64,000 nt of DNA, taken from the NCBI RefSeq assembly GCF_036488505.1, contig NZ_DASXHN010000349.1, positions 5,128 to 69,127 of the forward strand, given 5' to 3'. Under the pieces are notes generated by a model, which did not search any database, had not been told where the DNA came from, and saw nothing but the letters and a program-made list of their open reading frames with translations. The position numbers and the translations under genes are program-made. The stretch comes from Paraburkholderia sp. (GTDB lineage: Bacteria > Pseudomonadota > Gammaproteobacteria > Burkholderiales > Burkholderiaceae). Positions 42,569 to 52,673 of this stretch are shown in pieces. Each line of letters starts with the position of its first letter. The first letter of the stretch is position 1.

Positions 42569-43861
42569 CTAGCGCGCATGCAGACGCACGCGCGCCCACG
42601 TCACGGCAAAAAGGCTCAATACCGCCGCGAGCATCAGATAAAGCCCGGGCGCGAGGTTGTTGCCGGTCGCCGCGATCAGCGCGGCGACGGCGAGCGGCGT
42701 AAAGCCGCCGAATATGGTCGTGCCGATGTTGTAGCCGAGCGCCATGCCGGTCGTGCGGGTGCGGGTCGGGAACAATTCGGACATCAGCGCGGGAATCGGC
42801 GCGAAGTACGTGGTCTTCAGCAGAGCGACCCAGACGACCGCGGCGAGCAATGTGCCAAGCGATGGATGCGCATTCATGAAGACGAAGGCCGGGTAGACCG
42901 TCGTGAAAAACAGCACGCCGGCCACGAGCATGATGCGCACACGCCCGATCTTGTCGGACAGATGACCGACGATCGGCGTGAGCGAGAACATAATGAGACC
43001 GGCCGCCAGCGTCGCGATAAAGCCCGACGACGGCGACAGCCCGAGCTGGCGCGCCGCGTAGGTCGGCATATAGAGCAGCATGTAGTTGGCCGTGGTGGTC
43101 AGCACCAGCGAGCCGATCGATACGAGCACGGCTTCCTTTTGCGATGCGAGCACTTCGCGCACCGGCGCCGCGGATTTTTCCGCGCGTTCGAACTCCGGTG
43201 TTTCGTCGATACGGCGGCGAATGTAGAGACCGACCGGGCCGATCAGCAGGCCGAACAGGAACGGAATGCGCCAGCCCCATTCCTGGAGTTGCGTTTGCGT
43301 GAGCACACCGGTGAGCACCGCGCCGAACAGCGACGCGAGCAGCGTGCTCGCGCCCTGGCTCGAGAACTGCCAACTGGCCATGAAGCCTTTGCGTTGCGGC
43401 TGATGCTCGATCAGAAAGGCGGTCGAACTGCCGAATTCGCCGCCGGCGGAAAAGCCCTGCAACAGTCGCGACGCGAACACGCCGATCGGTGCCAGCACAC
43501 CGATCGACGCATACGACGGCATCAGCGCGATCATGCCGGTGCCGAGCGTCATCATTGCGATCGACAGTGTCAACGACGCCTTGCGGCCCTTGCGATCGCT
43601 GAACGAGCCGAGCACCAGCGCACCGACTGGCCGCGCCAGATACGACAGCGCGAAGGTCCCGAGCGTGAGCAGCAAAGAGACGGTGCGATCGTGGACAGGA
43701 AAGAACGTGCGCGACAGCACGGCGGCGAAATAACCGTACACCACGAGGTCGTAGAACTCGAGCGCATTGCCGATCGACGTGGCAAGGATCAGGCGCGAGA
43801 TGCCCGATCGCGACGCATGCTGCGCGATGGTGTCGGCCGTGGTGGCGGAGTCTGTGCTCAT
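42569..43861 (-). CDS. MFS metabolite:H+ symporter (MHS family)
   Basis: GNALEFYD..VY, RP.G...G..SDR.GRK, QGFSAGGEFG and WGWRIPF motifs. Confidence 0.92.
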   Translation of the reverse strand: MSTDSATTADTIAQHASRSGISRLILATSIGNALEFYDLVVYGYFAAVLSRTFFPVHDRTVSLLLTLGTFALSYLARPVGALVLGSFSDRKGRKASLTLSIAMMTLGTGMIALMPSYASIGVLAPIGVFASRLLQGFSAGGEFGSSTAFLIEHQPQRKGFMASWQFSSQGASTLLASLFGAVLTGVLTQTQLQEWGWRIPFLFGLLIGPVGLYIRRRIDETPEFERAEKSAAPVREVLASQKEAVLVSIGSLVLTTTANYMLLYMPTYAARQLGLSPSSGFIATLAAGLIMFSLTPIVGHLSDKIGRVRIMLVAGVLFFTTVYPAFVFMNAHPSLGTLLAAVVWVALLKTTYFAPIPALMSELFPTRTRTTGMALGYNIGTTIFGGFTPLAVAALIAATGNNLAPGLYLMLAAVLSLFAVTWARVRLHAR

Positions 43862-43993
43862 GACGAGGTCCTCTGGCGGCGTGTGGGTGTGCGCGCGGTG
43901 TCTCGGCCGCGGTTGGGGCGCAGAATTCGAAGCCTTGTCACGATCTTCGCGTGGACGATATTTATGGACAATTACAATATTTGGCAGATATCG

Positions 43994-44008
43994 TTGCCGA
44001 AACGGCAA
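43994..44008. promoter_or_regulatory. Putative LysR-binding site
   Basis: TTGCC-GAAAC-GGCAA, a T-N11-A dyad, lies between the divergent MFS and LysR genes. Confidence 0.5.
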
Positions 44009-44020
44009 AGCGGGATGGCG

Positions 44021-44935
44021 ATGACCCAGATGGATAACACCGCGCTGCGCTACTTTCTCGAAGTCGCGCGCAGCGGTTCGCTCAGCAAGGCGTCGGGCAA
44101 CCTGTACGTGGCCGTGTCGGCGTTGAGCAGGCAGATCGCCAAACTCGAAGAGGAGGTGGGCGCCGCGCTGTTCGAACGGCGCCCGCGCGGCATGGTGCTC
44201 AGCGACGCGGGCAGGCTGCTCGCCGATTACGCACGGCGCAGCCTGCTTGACGCGGAACGCGTGACCGAGGAGATTCGCGGGCTGAGCAACGGCGGGCGCG
44301 CGACGATTCGCATCGCGAGTTCCGAAGGCGTCGCGCCGCATTTCCTGCCGCAGGTGTTCGCGCGCTTTCTGAAGACGCACCCGGCCGCGCATTTTCAACT
44401 CGACGTGTCGGCGCCGTCGGTCGCGACACAGCGCGTGCGCGACGGCACCGCTGATATCGCCGTGTGCTTCAGCATGGCGCCCGAACCGGACATCAACGTC
44501 GTGCATTCGCAGCGCGCGCCGATCTTCGCGCTGGTACGGCGCGGTCATCCGCTCGGCGCGCGCGACTCGGTGTCACTCGCGGACCTGCTGCCGTGGCCGC
44601 TCGCAATCAACGGCCCGGGCGTGACGATCCGTCAGTTATTCGATATCGCGTGCAGCCTCGAAGGGCTCGTGTTCGATCCGGTGTTTGTCAGCAACTATCA
44701 CGCGGCGCTGCACAGCTTCGTGTTGCAGACCGACGCGGTCACGATCACCGGCCTCCTGACCGTGCGCGGCCGGCTCGACGCGGAGGGCTTCGCGGCAATC
44801 CCGATCAGCAACCCGGAGCTTCATCAGCGCACGTTGCAGGTGCAGACGATGGCGGGCCGCACGTTGCCGCGCGTGATGCAGGCGTTCGTCGAACTGCTGA
44901 CCGGCGCGATCGACAATCCCGCGCTGCTGGATTGA
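44021..44935 (+). CDS. LysR family regulator
   Basis: LRYFLEVAR.GS.SKA...SALSRQI..LE...LFER helix-turn-helix. Confidence 0.92.
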   Translation: MTQMDNTALRYFLEVARSGSLSKASGNLYVAVSALSRQIAKLEEEVGAALFERRPRGMVLSDAGRLLADYARRSLLDAERVTEEIRGLSNGGRATIRIASSEGVAPHFLPQVFARFLKTHPAAHFQLDVSAPSVATQRVRDGTADIAVCFSMAPEPDINVVHSQRAPIFALVRRGHPLGARDSVSLADLLPWPLAINGPGVTIRQLFDIACSLEGLVFDPVFVSNYHAALHSFVLQTDAVTITGLLTVRGRLDAEGFAAIPISNPELHQRTLQVQTMAGRTLPRVMQAFVELLTGAIDNPALLD

Positions 44936-44968
44936 CGCAAGCGCATCACGCAAAAAGCGCCCGCCAAA

Positions 44969-44997
44969 CGAAAACGCCCCTGGTAGGGGCGTTTTCG
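44969..44997. terminator. Bidirectional terminator
   Basis: CGAAAACGCCCCT-GGT-AGGGGCGTTTTCG between convergent genes. Confidence 0.75.
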
Positions 44998-45050
44998 CAT
45001 CGAAGCGCTCGGGCGAGGAACGCAGGCGTTCCTCGCCGGCAAGCTGCCCC

Positions 45051-46199
45051 TTAGAACTTGTGACGCATGCCGAGACGGAACGCGAGCTGGTTGTCAGCCG
45101 TGCCCGACGTGCCGAAGTAGCTCGTGCTCGAACCGATCTGCGCCTGCAGATCCTGCGTGCCGTTGCGGCCCGACGCGATCTGGTAGATACCGAGCACGTA
45201 CACGTCCGTGCGCTTGGACAGCGCGTAGTCGGCGCTCAGGTCCACCTGGTTCCAGTGGCCGCGGCTCGCGTCGCTCAGATGCATGTACGTGTAGCCGGCG
45301 CCTGCCGTGATAGCCGGCGTGATCGCGTACTTCGCACCTGCTTCGTATGCCGCGAACGTCGTCGAGCTGCCGGTCGTCGGCTCGAGACGCGTGTTCGTGT
45401 ACAACGCCCACAGCGTAGCCGGGCCGAACATGTAGCGGCCGCCCACGCCGAACGAGCGCAGATCGCGCACGCCGCTGATCGACACGTTCGCTACTGCCGT
45501 CGAGAATGCCGGCGTGGCGAGACCCGGATAGGTGATGTCGGTGTATGCCGCGCCGAGACCGAACGGACCGTTCGCGTAGTTCGCGCCGAAGCTGTACGCG
45601 CGCGACGAGCCCGTCGTCGTGCCGACGGTCGGCGCGCCTGCGAATGCGCCAGCCTGGTTCGAGAAGCCGTACATCGCACCGAACGTCAGACCGGAGAAGT
45701 TCGCGCTGCTGTACTTGACCGAGTTGTTGATGCGGCTGGACGTCAGCTGGTCGATATCGTTGATGTGGTAAGCGTAGTTGCCCGCGACGGTCTGACCGCC
45801 GGTCGAGTAGTTGCTGCCCAGCACATCGGTCGAGAACGAGTACTGGCGGCCGAAGGTCAGCGAGCCGATGCCATCCTTCGACAGACCGACGTAGGCCTGG
45901 CGGCCGAACATCGCGCCGCCCTGGCCGAGCGTGCCGTTGCCGCTGTTGAAGCCGTTCTCCAACACGAACAGCGCCTTCAGGCCGCCGCCGAGGTCTTCAG
46001 TGCCGCGGATGCCCCAACGGCTGCCTTGCGCGACGCCGTCGTCGTACTTGGTCAGGCTGTCGTGGCCGGTGGCCGTCTTTGAATTGTTCACGTAGCTGAT
46101 ACCCGCATCGATGATGCCGTACAGCGTGACGCTGCTTTGCGCGTGAGCGGCGCTGGCGAACACGGCGAACGTAGCGGCGGTCAGGATTTTCTTATTCAA
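45051..46199 (-). CDS. Burkholderia-type general porin (OmpC-like)
   Basis: AHAQSSVTLYGIIDAG, SRWG.RG.EDLGGG and Y.LSKRTDVY motifs; C-terminal Phe; TTG start after GGAG. Confidence 0.93.
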   Translation of the reverse strand: MNKKILTAATFAVFASAAHAQSSVTLYGIIDAGISYVNNSKTATGHDSLTKYDDGVAQGSRWGIRGTEDLGGGLKALFVLENGFNSGNGTLGQGGAMFGRQAYVGLSKDGIGSLTFGRQYSFSTDVLGSNYSTGGQTVAGNYAYHINDIDQLTSSRINNSVKYSSANFSGLTFGAMYGFSNQAGAFAGAPTVGTTTGSSRAYSFGANYANGPFGLGAAYTDITYPGLATPAFSTAVANVSISGVRDLRSFGVGGRYMFGPATLWALYTNTRLEPTTGSSTTFAAYEAGAKYAITPAITAGAGYTYMHLSDASRGHWNQVDLSADYALSKRTDVYVLGIYQIASGRNGTQDLQAQIGSSTSYFGTSGTADNQLAFRLGMRHKF

Positions 46200-46492
46200 A
46201 ACACTCTCCAGTTAGAAATTGGGCGATCGCGACGCATTGCTCTGCGGCGATGTCGTGCGATGGGCGGGAATGTAAGGGGACGCTGAGAACGCTATGTGAC
46301 AGCCCGGATTTTCTAGCCCGATGTCGTGCCCGCGCGACACATTTGCGGACTTCGCGGGTTTTGTCACATAAGGCTGTGCTTGCTCGGGCGTGCGGCGGGA
46401 GAGTGGCGAGGATGGGCGCAAGCAGTCGGTTTTCGCGTTCCGCCGGTTGGCGTCTCGCGTATCGCGCGCGCATCGCGGCTGCGCGGATGGAC

Positions 46493-46532
46493 AAAAGAGA
46501 ATCGCCCACCAGAGGGGTGGGCGATTCTCTTT
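46493..46532 (-). terminator. Intrinsic terminator
   Basis: AAAGAGAATCGCCCACC-N5-GGTGGGCGATTCTCTTT downstream of the desuccinylase gene. Confidence 0.75.
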
Positions 46533-46620
46533 GTCAATCGATGGATCTGCCTACGTGTTTGAACGAGTGGTGTTCTATGTGGCTTTCACGCAAGTTGCGC
46601 AGCCGCGTTTCAGTCGTATT

Positions 46621-47736
46621 TCAGTTGCTCAACAGCGAGCCGCTTCTGAATGCGTTCGCGCCCGCAATGCGCGCGAACTCCAGACCGGCGGTCGCGAAGC
46701 GCGTGAGGTGCCGCGCATACAGCACGCCGGCCACGCTGCTCTTGATCGTGACGACGCGGTCCGTCAACGGATCGACGATGTCAGCGATCGGATGGCCAGC
46801 GTCGACCCAGGTGCCGACTTCGCAGCGGTATACGAGCACGCCGCTGATCGGCGCGACCAGCGGCTCGGTGCCGGCGAGCGGCGTCGCGGCGAATTCGAGT
46901 GGCGGCAGCGGCGCCGGCTCGCCGTCGATCACGCCGCGCGAGGTCAGATATTCGATGATCGCCTGCGAATCCCGCTCCGCGTACTCGTACGACACTTCGC
47001 GCTGACCGCGCAGCTCGATCGTGACCGAGATTCCGCCGTTCGGAATCGGGAAGCGATCGCCGAACCGGCCGCGCAGATCCGACCAGCAGAAGCTGTGAAT
47101 CTCGTCGAACGGATTGCCGACCGAATTGAGCGCGAGCAGCGATGCCTTCGCGTCCAGATAGCGGGCGAGCGGTTCCACCTCCGGCCACAGGTCCGGGTTC
47201 GTATAGATGTGCATCGCCGCTTCCCAGTCGCAATGCAGATCGAGCACCACGTCGGCGTCGTACGACAGCTTCTGCAGCGCGAGACGTTGCGACGCAAGTT
47301 CGGTGGTCGGCTCCTGCGCGCCGAGCGCCTCGCGCATCGCCGCGCGGATGGCGTTGCGGTTCGCGTCGATGTCGCCGCTCAGGCGCGACTCGATGACCGG
47401 CAGTACGAGCGCCGCGAGGTCGTGGAAGTTGCGGTTGAAGTTCTGCGCGGTGCCGGTTTCGAAGCGTCCCATCAAATGGCCGAGCAGATGCTGGTTGAGG
47501 CCGACCGGATTGGGCACCGGCACGATCACGACTTCGCCGCGCAGCTTGCCGGCGGCTTCGAGCGCGGCGAGCTTGCGGCGCAGCGCCCACGACACCAGCA
47601 TCCCGGGCAGCTCGTCAGCGTGTAGCGACGACTGGATGTAGATCTTCTGGCCGCCGCCCGGACCGTAGTGGAAGCTCGTGAGGCTGCGGGCGGTGCCAAG
47701 CGATGGGGCGATCAGCGGATGATTTTGCGTTTGCAT
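46621..47736 (-). CDS. Succinylglutamate desuccinylase/aspartoacylase (M14-like) family
   Basis: LHADE, NFNR, LDLHCD and TIELRG motifs. Confidence 0.88.
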   Translation of the reverse strand: MQTQNHPLIAPSLGTARSLTSFHYGPGGGQKIYIQSSLHADELPGMLVSWALRRKLAALEAAGKLRGEVVIVPVPNPVGLNQHLLGHLMGRFETGTAQNFNRNFHDLAALVLPVIESRLSGDIDANRNAIRAAMREALGAQEPTTELASQRLALQKLSYDADVVLDLHCDWEAAMHIYTNPDLWPEVEPLARYLDAKASLLALNSVGNPFDEIHSFCWSDLRGRFGDRFPIPNGGISVTIELRGQREVSYEYAERDSQAIIEYLTSRGVIDGEPAPLPPLEFAATPLAGTEPLVAPISGVLVYRCEVGTWVDAGHPIADIVDPLTDRVVTIKSSVAGVLYARHLTRFATAGLEFARIAGANAFRSGSLLSN

Positions 47737-47956
47737 GATTTTCGGCTTCGCGGTTCACCGCAGTGAGCCGCGCCATGTAGTTGAGTGGAAGGGGAAAGAT
47801 GCGCGCCGCGACGGGCTGGCTCCAGGCACGATGCGGGCGAAGTCCGCGGGGACGGCGCGCTGCGGGGTGTGTCGTGCGCCCCGCGTGTCGCACGATCTTA
47901 GCCGAATTGGCCCGCGATGTGGCTCGCGACGCCGGCCCCGGCGCGCCCCCAAAACG

Positions 47957-47985
47957 AAACGGGCTCCGCGACGCGGAGCCCGTTT
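47957..47985. terminator. Hairpin downstream of the binding-protein gene
   Basis: AAACGGGCTCCGCG-A-CGCGGAGCCCGTTT. Confidence 0.6.
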
Positions 47986-48027
47986 GAAGGCAACCAGCCG
48001 GCGCGCCGTGCGGCGCGCCCGCCCGAT

Positions 48028-48810
48028 TTAGCTGCCGTACACGTCGAAGTCGAAGTATTTCTTCTCGATCTTCTTGTAGGTGCCGTCCTTGATCATGTCG
48101 GCGATCGCCTTGTCGACCTTCGCCTTCAGATCGGTGTCTTCCTTTCGCATGCCGATGCCCGCGCCGTTGCCGAGGATCTTCGGATCGTCGAGGTTCTTGC
48201 CGACGAACGTGAAGCCCGCGCCGCGCGGCGTATTCAGGAAGCCCTGCTCAGCTTGCACCGCGTCCTGCAGCGCAGCGTCCAGACGGCCCGAGATCAGGTC
48301 CGCATAGACCTGGTCCTGGTTCTGGTACGGCACGACCTTGGCGCCCTTCGGCTCCCAGTAGGTCTTCGCGTAGGTTTCCTGGATCGTGCCCTGTTCGACG
48401 CCGACCGACTTGCCCTTCAGCGAATCGGCGGTCGGCAGGATGCCCGAGCCCTTCTTCGCGACGAGGCGCGTCGGCGTGTTGAACAGCTTCGACGAGAACG
48501 CGACCTGCTCCGCACGTTGCGGCGTCATCGACATCGACGACAGCACGCCGTCGAACTTCTTCGCCTTCAGTGCCGGGATCATGCCGTCGAAGTCGTTCTC
48601 GACCCACACGCACTTCGCGCCCACGCGCTTGCAGATCTCGTTGCCCAGGTCAATATCGAAGCCAACGAGCTTGCCGTCCGCGCCTTTCGACTCGAACGGG
48701 GGATAGCTGGCGTCAACGCCAAAACGGATCGTCGACCAATCTTTAGCGTGTGCGCCAATCGAGACGGTGGCAAGCAGAGCAACCGTCAAAGCCGCTAGCA
48801 GTTTCTTCAC
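48028..48810 (-). CDS. Polar amino-acid ABC substrate-binding protein (HisJ/ArgT-like)
   Basis: Signal peptide; DASYPPFE, GFDIDLG, FDGMIPAL..KKFD and VEQGTIQE motifs. Confidence 0.92.
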   Translation of the reverse strand: MKKLLAALTVALLATVSIGAHAKDWSTIRFGVDASYPPFESKGADGKLVGFDIDLGNEICKRVGAKCVWVENDFDGMIPALKAKKFDGVLSSMSMTPQRAEQVAFSSKLFNTPTRLVAKKGSGILPTADSLKGKSVGVEQGTIQETYAKTYWEPKGAKVVPYQNQDQVYADLISGRLDAALQDAVQAEQGFLNTPRGAGFTFVGKNLDDPKILGNGAGIGMRKEDTDLKAKVDKAIADMIKDGTYKKIEKKYFDFDVYGS

Positions 48811-49463
48811 TGTTCATACTCCTCGGTGTAGTTCAATTTCGCCCGCGGCGGTTATGCCGCCCCGGGTGGCCCGGTGCGATTCGCGGCCGGGCTTCGTTCA
48901 TGCTGCCGGCCGGGCTGGCCTGCAGCGCGCGCCAAGCTTATCAGTTCAAAAAAATTGGGATGCTAGTAAAACACCGGATGGCGCGCGAGCACCCTCTAAA
49001 GCTTCACCGCATGTGAATCGGTACAGTTCGAGCGTACACTGCTATTTCGCCGCTGCGTAATAGGAATGTAATGAACGGGTGTTGAAAAGCGGGGGGTTCG
49101 CGTAATCGGCGAGTATTCAGGCGGTTTTGTCGCGGATGACGGTTGCCATACTTTGTGAACTGAAGCAAACCTCCAGACAGTTAAAGATTCACCATAAGCT
49201 GCCGTTAAATAACCACATTCCGTCGCTTATGCATTATCGCTATCACGCGGCCGCGGATATTTCTTAGAAAACCATTCCGGGAGGGGCAAAAACCAGGGCT
49301 TTGGCGCTATCATCGTTGCTCCTCGAGTTCGCCGCCGCTCGCCGCACAAACGGCGTATCGGTCTGAAGAAAAGTCGCCGGCAAGCCGTCGATATAATCGC
49401 CGCGCACCGGCGCCGCGTCAAAAAGCCTTCTGCTAAACGGTGTTATCCATGCACACGATGTTG

Positions 49464-50675
49464 ATGGCGGATGAAAAAGACTGTTGTAAGCAGGTTTTTC
49501 AACGGCAAGTCGCACCCGTTTCTGCTTCGGCGCGCGTCCCGTTATTGAGGCGCGTCGTCTTTAGTATTTTTCCGTCAGCAATTTGGCCAACGTCGGGCGC
49601 CGGTTTATGGGCCGCGGTTATATCAATCGTTTTTTCCGCTCTTTTGCCGGTTTTGCTCGCGGTATTCTTTTGCGCCGGGTTGGGTGCCGTCGCGCCCGCG
49701 GTCGCCGCCGAAAAAGTGCTGCGTGTGCTGGCATGGCCCGGCTACGCGGATCCCGACGTCGTGAAGGCATTCGAAACGCGCTACGACGCGAAGGTCGAAG
49801 TCACGCTGGTCGATTCCGACGAAGCGTTATGGGCGCAGATGCACAGCCGGGGCACGCCGCCGTTCGATGTGCTCGCCGCCAACACCGCCGAAATCCGCCG
49901 CTATACGGAGGCGAACCTGCTCGCGCCGCTCGATCTCGCGAAGCTGCCGAACACGCGCCGGCAGTTGCCGCGTTTTCAGGCGCTCGGCGCGATCCAGGGG
50001 CTCACGTCCGGGGGCAACGTGTACGCGGTCCCTTTCACGTATTCAACGATGGGGCTGATCTACGATCGCAAACAGATTCCGGTTGCGCCGCATTCGATGC
50101 GTGAGTTGTGGAACCCCCGCTATCGCGGCAAGGTGCTCGACTTCAACAGCGCGCAGCACAACTTCTCGTTCACAGCGCTCGCGCTCGGCTATCCGCATCC
50201 GTTTCAGCTCGACCCCGAGCAGATGCGCGCGATCGCGTACAAGCTGGTTGACTTGCGCCGCAACCTGCTCACGTACTACACGTTGCCGGAAGAGGCGACC
50301 GCATTCTTCATCCAGCACAAGGTCGCGCTGATGTTCGGCAACTATGGCACGCAGCAGGTTCAGTTGCTGCGCCGCGCGGGCGCCGACGTCGGCTATGTGG
50401 TTCCCGACGAAGGTGTGCTCGCGTGGCTCGATTGCTGGTCGATGACGCGTGCGGCGAGCAACAATCCGCTCGCGCTCGAATGGATCAACTACATGCTCGA
50501 GCCGGGCGTCAGCGCACTGCTCACGCAACGCCAGGGGCTCGCGAACACGCTGACGGAACCGGCGGAAGCGAGCGGCAACGCGCATATCGTGTGGATCGGT
50601 CCAGTCGAGGACATCCAGCGGCGCGAAGAACTCTGGGCGCGGATCGTGTCGGGCGACCGCTCGGGGCGCTTTTGA
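49464..50675 (+). CDS. PotD/PotF-like extracellular solute-binding protein (orphan); start uncertain
   Basis: LRVLAW.GYADP.VV..FE, YAVPF.Y...GL.YD, P.EG..AW.D and A..WINYML motifs. Confidence 0.85.
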   Translation: MADEKDCCKQVFQRQVAPVSASARVPLLRRVVFSIFPSAIWPTSGAGLWAAVISIVFSALLPVLLAVFFCAGLGAVAPAVAAEKVLRVLAWPGYADPDVVKAFETRYDAKVEVTLVDSDEALWAQMHSRGTPPFDVLAANTAEIRRYTEANLLAPLDLAKLPNTRRQLPRFQALGAIQGLTSGGNVYAVPFTYSTMGLIYDRKQIPVAPHSMRELWNPRYRGKVLDFNSAQHNFSFTALALGYPHPFQLDPEQMRAIAYKLVDLRRNLLTYYTLPEEATAFFIQHKVALMFGNYGTQQVQLLRRAGADVGYVVPDEGVLAWLDCWSMTRAASNNPLALEWINYMLEPGVSALLTQRQGLANTLTEPAEASGNAHIVWIGPVEDIQRREELWARIVSGDRSGRF

Positions 50676-52570
50676 TGTGGGGACGCGGCCTGACCTTCAA
50701 GCTCTCGGTGCTGCTCGCGTGCATCGGCGTGCTCGCGTCGGGCGCGACCGGCTACTACGCGTATCGCGCGAACCGCACGATGCTCGTCAACGAAGCGGAG
50801 CGCAGCCTGCTGACGTCGACGGAACTGCTCGGCCAGCGCATCGGGTTTTCGATCGACGATGCGTCGGCGGACGCGCTCGTGCTCGCGACGATGCCGTCTT
50901 CCGTGAGCGTCGCGCAGACTGACGACGGCTTCGGCCGCAACCCCGCGCGTGAGCGTCTCGCGCAGGTGTATTCGAGCTTCATGATGCATCACCCGGAATA
51001 TCTGCAACTGCGACTGATCACGCGCCAGCATCATGGGCTCGAGTTGATCCGCTTCGATCGCGACCGCGACGGCCTGATGCGCGTGCAAGGCGACGACTTG
51101 CAGGAAAAAGGCCAGTTCGCGTACGTGTTCGAGACGCTCGCGTTTTCGCCGGGTCGCATCTATACGTCGCCGATCGGAGTCAATCACGAATACGGCACGC
51201 ACGCCGCGCAGGGCAGGCCGACGCTGCGCCTGGGCACGCCGATCGCGGATGCGAACGGCACGGTGGTCGGCGTCGTCGTGATCGATATCGATCTGGCCGG
51301 CATGCTGCGGCGTTTGCAGAGTGACCTGCCGAGCGACTACCAGGTCTATCTGGCGAACGAATGGGGCGACTTCCTGGTCCATCCGGACCCGTCCAGGACG
51401 TTCGGCTTCGACCGCGGCCGGCGCGTGCTGATGCAGGACAGCTTCCCGGTGACCAAGCCGCTGTTCGACCAGACCCAGGGCTCGGTGCTCGCCAATGGTC
51501 TCGCGCGCCCGCATCAGGCGGCCGGCCAGGTGCTCGCGTTCGCGCGCCGCCCGTTCAGCGGCTCGGCGGGCAACCGCTTCATCGTGCTCGGTCTCGCGAA
51601 ACCGCTCGAGGATGTGCTGGCCGGCGCGCATCAACTCGGCACGCGGATGATCCGCATGGTGCTCGTTTTCAGCGCGCTGTCCGTATTGCTGGCGATTCTG
51701 TTCGCGCGCGCGCTGACCAAGCCGCTGCATCTGCTCGCGTATGCGGCGACCCATCAGTTCGCAGAACACGCGATGAACACGCTGCCGCTCAAACGCACCG
51801 ACGAGATCGGCGTGCTGGCGCGCTGCTTCGACCGGTTGCGCCGCGAAATCCGCGCGCAGATGGATGCGCTGCACAGCAAGCAGAGCGAGCTCGCGCATCT
51901 GGCCTCGCATGACGTGCTGACCGGGCTGCCGAACCGTCTGCTGTTCATGCAGAAACTCGAGAGCGCGATCGTCAATGCGAAGCGGCATCGCGAAGGGCTG
52001 GCCGTGCTGTTCGTCGATCTCGACCGCTTCAAGCAGATCAACGATCAGTTTGGCCACTCGGTCGGCGACAAGGTGCTGGTCGCGGTGGCGAGCCGCCTGA
52101 AGGACGTGCTGTATTCCGGCGATGTGGTCGCGCGGCTTGGCGGCGACGAATTTATCGTGCTGATCGGAGGGGCGCGCGTCGAGGACGAGACGCCCGCGAT
52201 CGCCGCGCGCATCATGGACGCGCTGAACGAAACGCTGACGATCGACGGCGACAGCATGACGGTCGGCGCGAGCATCGGCATCAGCGAATTCCCGCACGAC
52301 AGCGGCAACGCGGAGGAACTGCTGCTGAACGCCGACGCGGCGATGTACGCGGCGAAATCGGGCGGACGCTGCGCGTATCTGCGCTATCGGGATCTGCTCG
52401 ACGCGCGTCTGAACAAGCGAGCGGACGAGGCCAAAGACGCACGCGACTCGGCAGACGCACAAGCGGCCGGCGCCGCCGACGAGGCGGCGAGGATCAAGCT
52501 CGCGCGTGCGGATGCCGCGCAACGCGCGGCGGCCGGCGTCGAGGGGCAGGAAGCGGAGCCGACGTCCTGA
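50675..52570 (+). CDS. Membrane diguanylate cyclase (TM, periplasmic Cache-like sensor, TM, HAMP, GGDEF)
   Basis: TGATG overlap with the upstream gene; RTDEIG.LA..F HAMP; D.LTGLPNR, DLDRFK.IND.FGH..GD and RLGGDEF motifs. Confidence 0.92.
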   Translation: MWGRGLTFKLSVLLACIGVLASGATGYYAYRANRTMLVNEAERSLLTSTELLGQRIGFSIDDASADALVLATMPSSVSVAQTDDGFGRNPARERLAQVYSSFMMHHPEYLQLRLITRQHHGLELIRFDRDRDGLMRVQGDDLQEKGQFAYVFETLAFSPGRIYTSPIGVNHEYGTHAAQGRPTLRLGTPIADANGTVVGVVVIDIDLAGMLRRLQSDLPSDYQVYLANEWGDFLVHPDPSRTFGFDRGRRVLMQDSFPVTKPLFDQTQGSVLANGLARPHQAAGQVLAFARRPFSGSAGNRFIVLGLAKPLEDVLAGAHQLGTRMIRMVLVFSALSVLLAILFARALTKPLHLLAYAATHQFAEHAMNTLPLKRTDEIGVLARCFDRLRREIRAQMDALHSKQSELAHLASHDVLTGLPNRLLFMQKLESAIVNAKRHREGLAVLFVDLDRFKQINDQFGHSVGDKVLVAVASRLKDVLYSGDVVARLGGDEFIVLIGGARVEDETPAIAARIMDALNETLTIDGDSMTVGASIGISEFPHDSGNAEELLLNADAAMYAAKSGGRCAYLRYRDLLDARLNKRADEAKDARDSADAQAAGAADEAARIKLARADAAQRAAAGVEGQEAEPTS

Positions 52571-52673
52571 CGTACGCCGGTCGCGCGCATCTGCGGCGCA
52601 TCTGCCGCGCGTCTGGCGCGCGTGTGTCCCAAACGCAGCACGTTCGGCGCATGTCCGGCGCGAGCCAGCCTGT

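Noticed and set aside
42563-44020. Apparent N-terminal extensions (790-aa LysR, 659-aa MFS, 715-aa DGC, 609-aa IclR)
   Set aside because: The extensions overlap neighbouring genes; family-typical starts lie downstream.
48811-49463. c-di-GMP or other riboswitch upstream of the binding protein-DGC pair (also checked 9390-9470)
   Set aside because: Only short GGCAAA or GACGCAAA fragments are present; I could not build the required paired stems by eye. An Rfam search would settle it.
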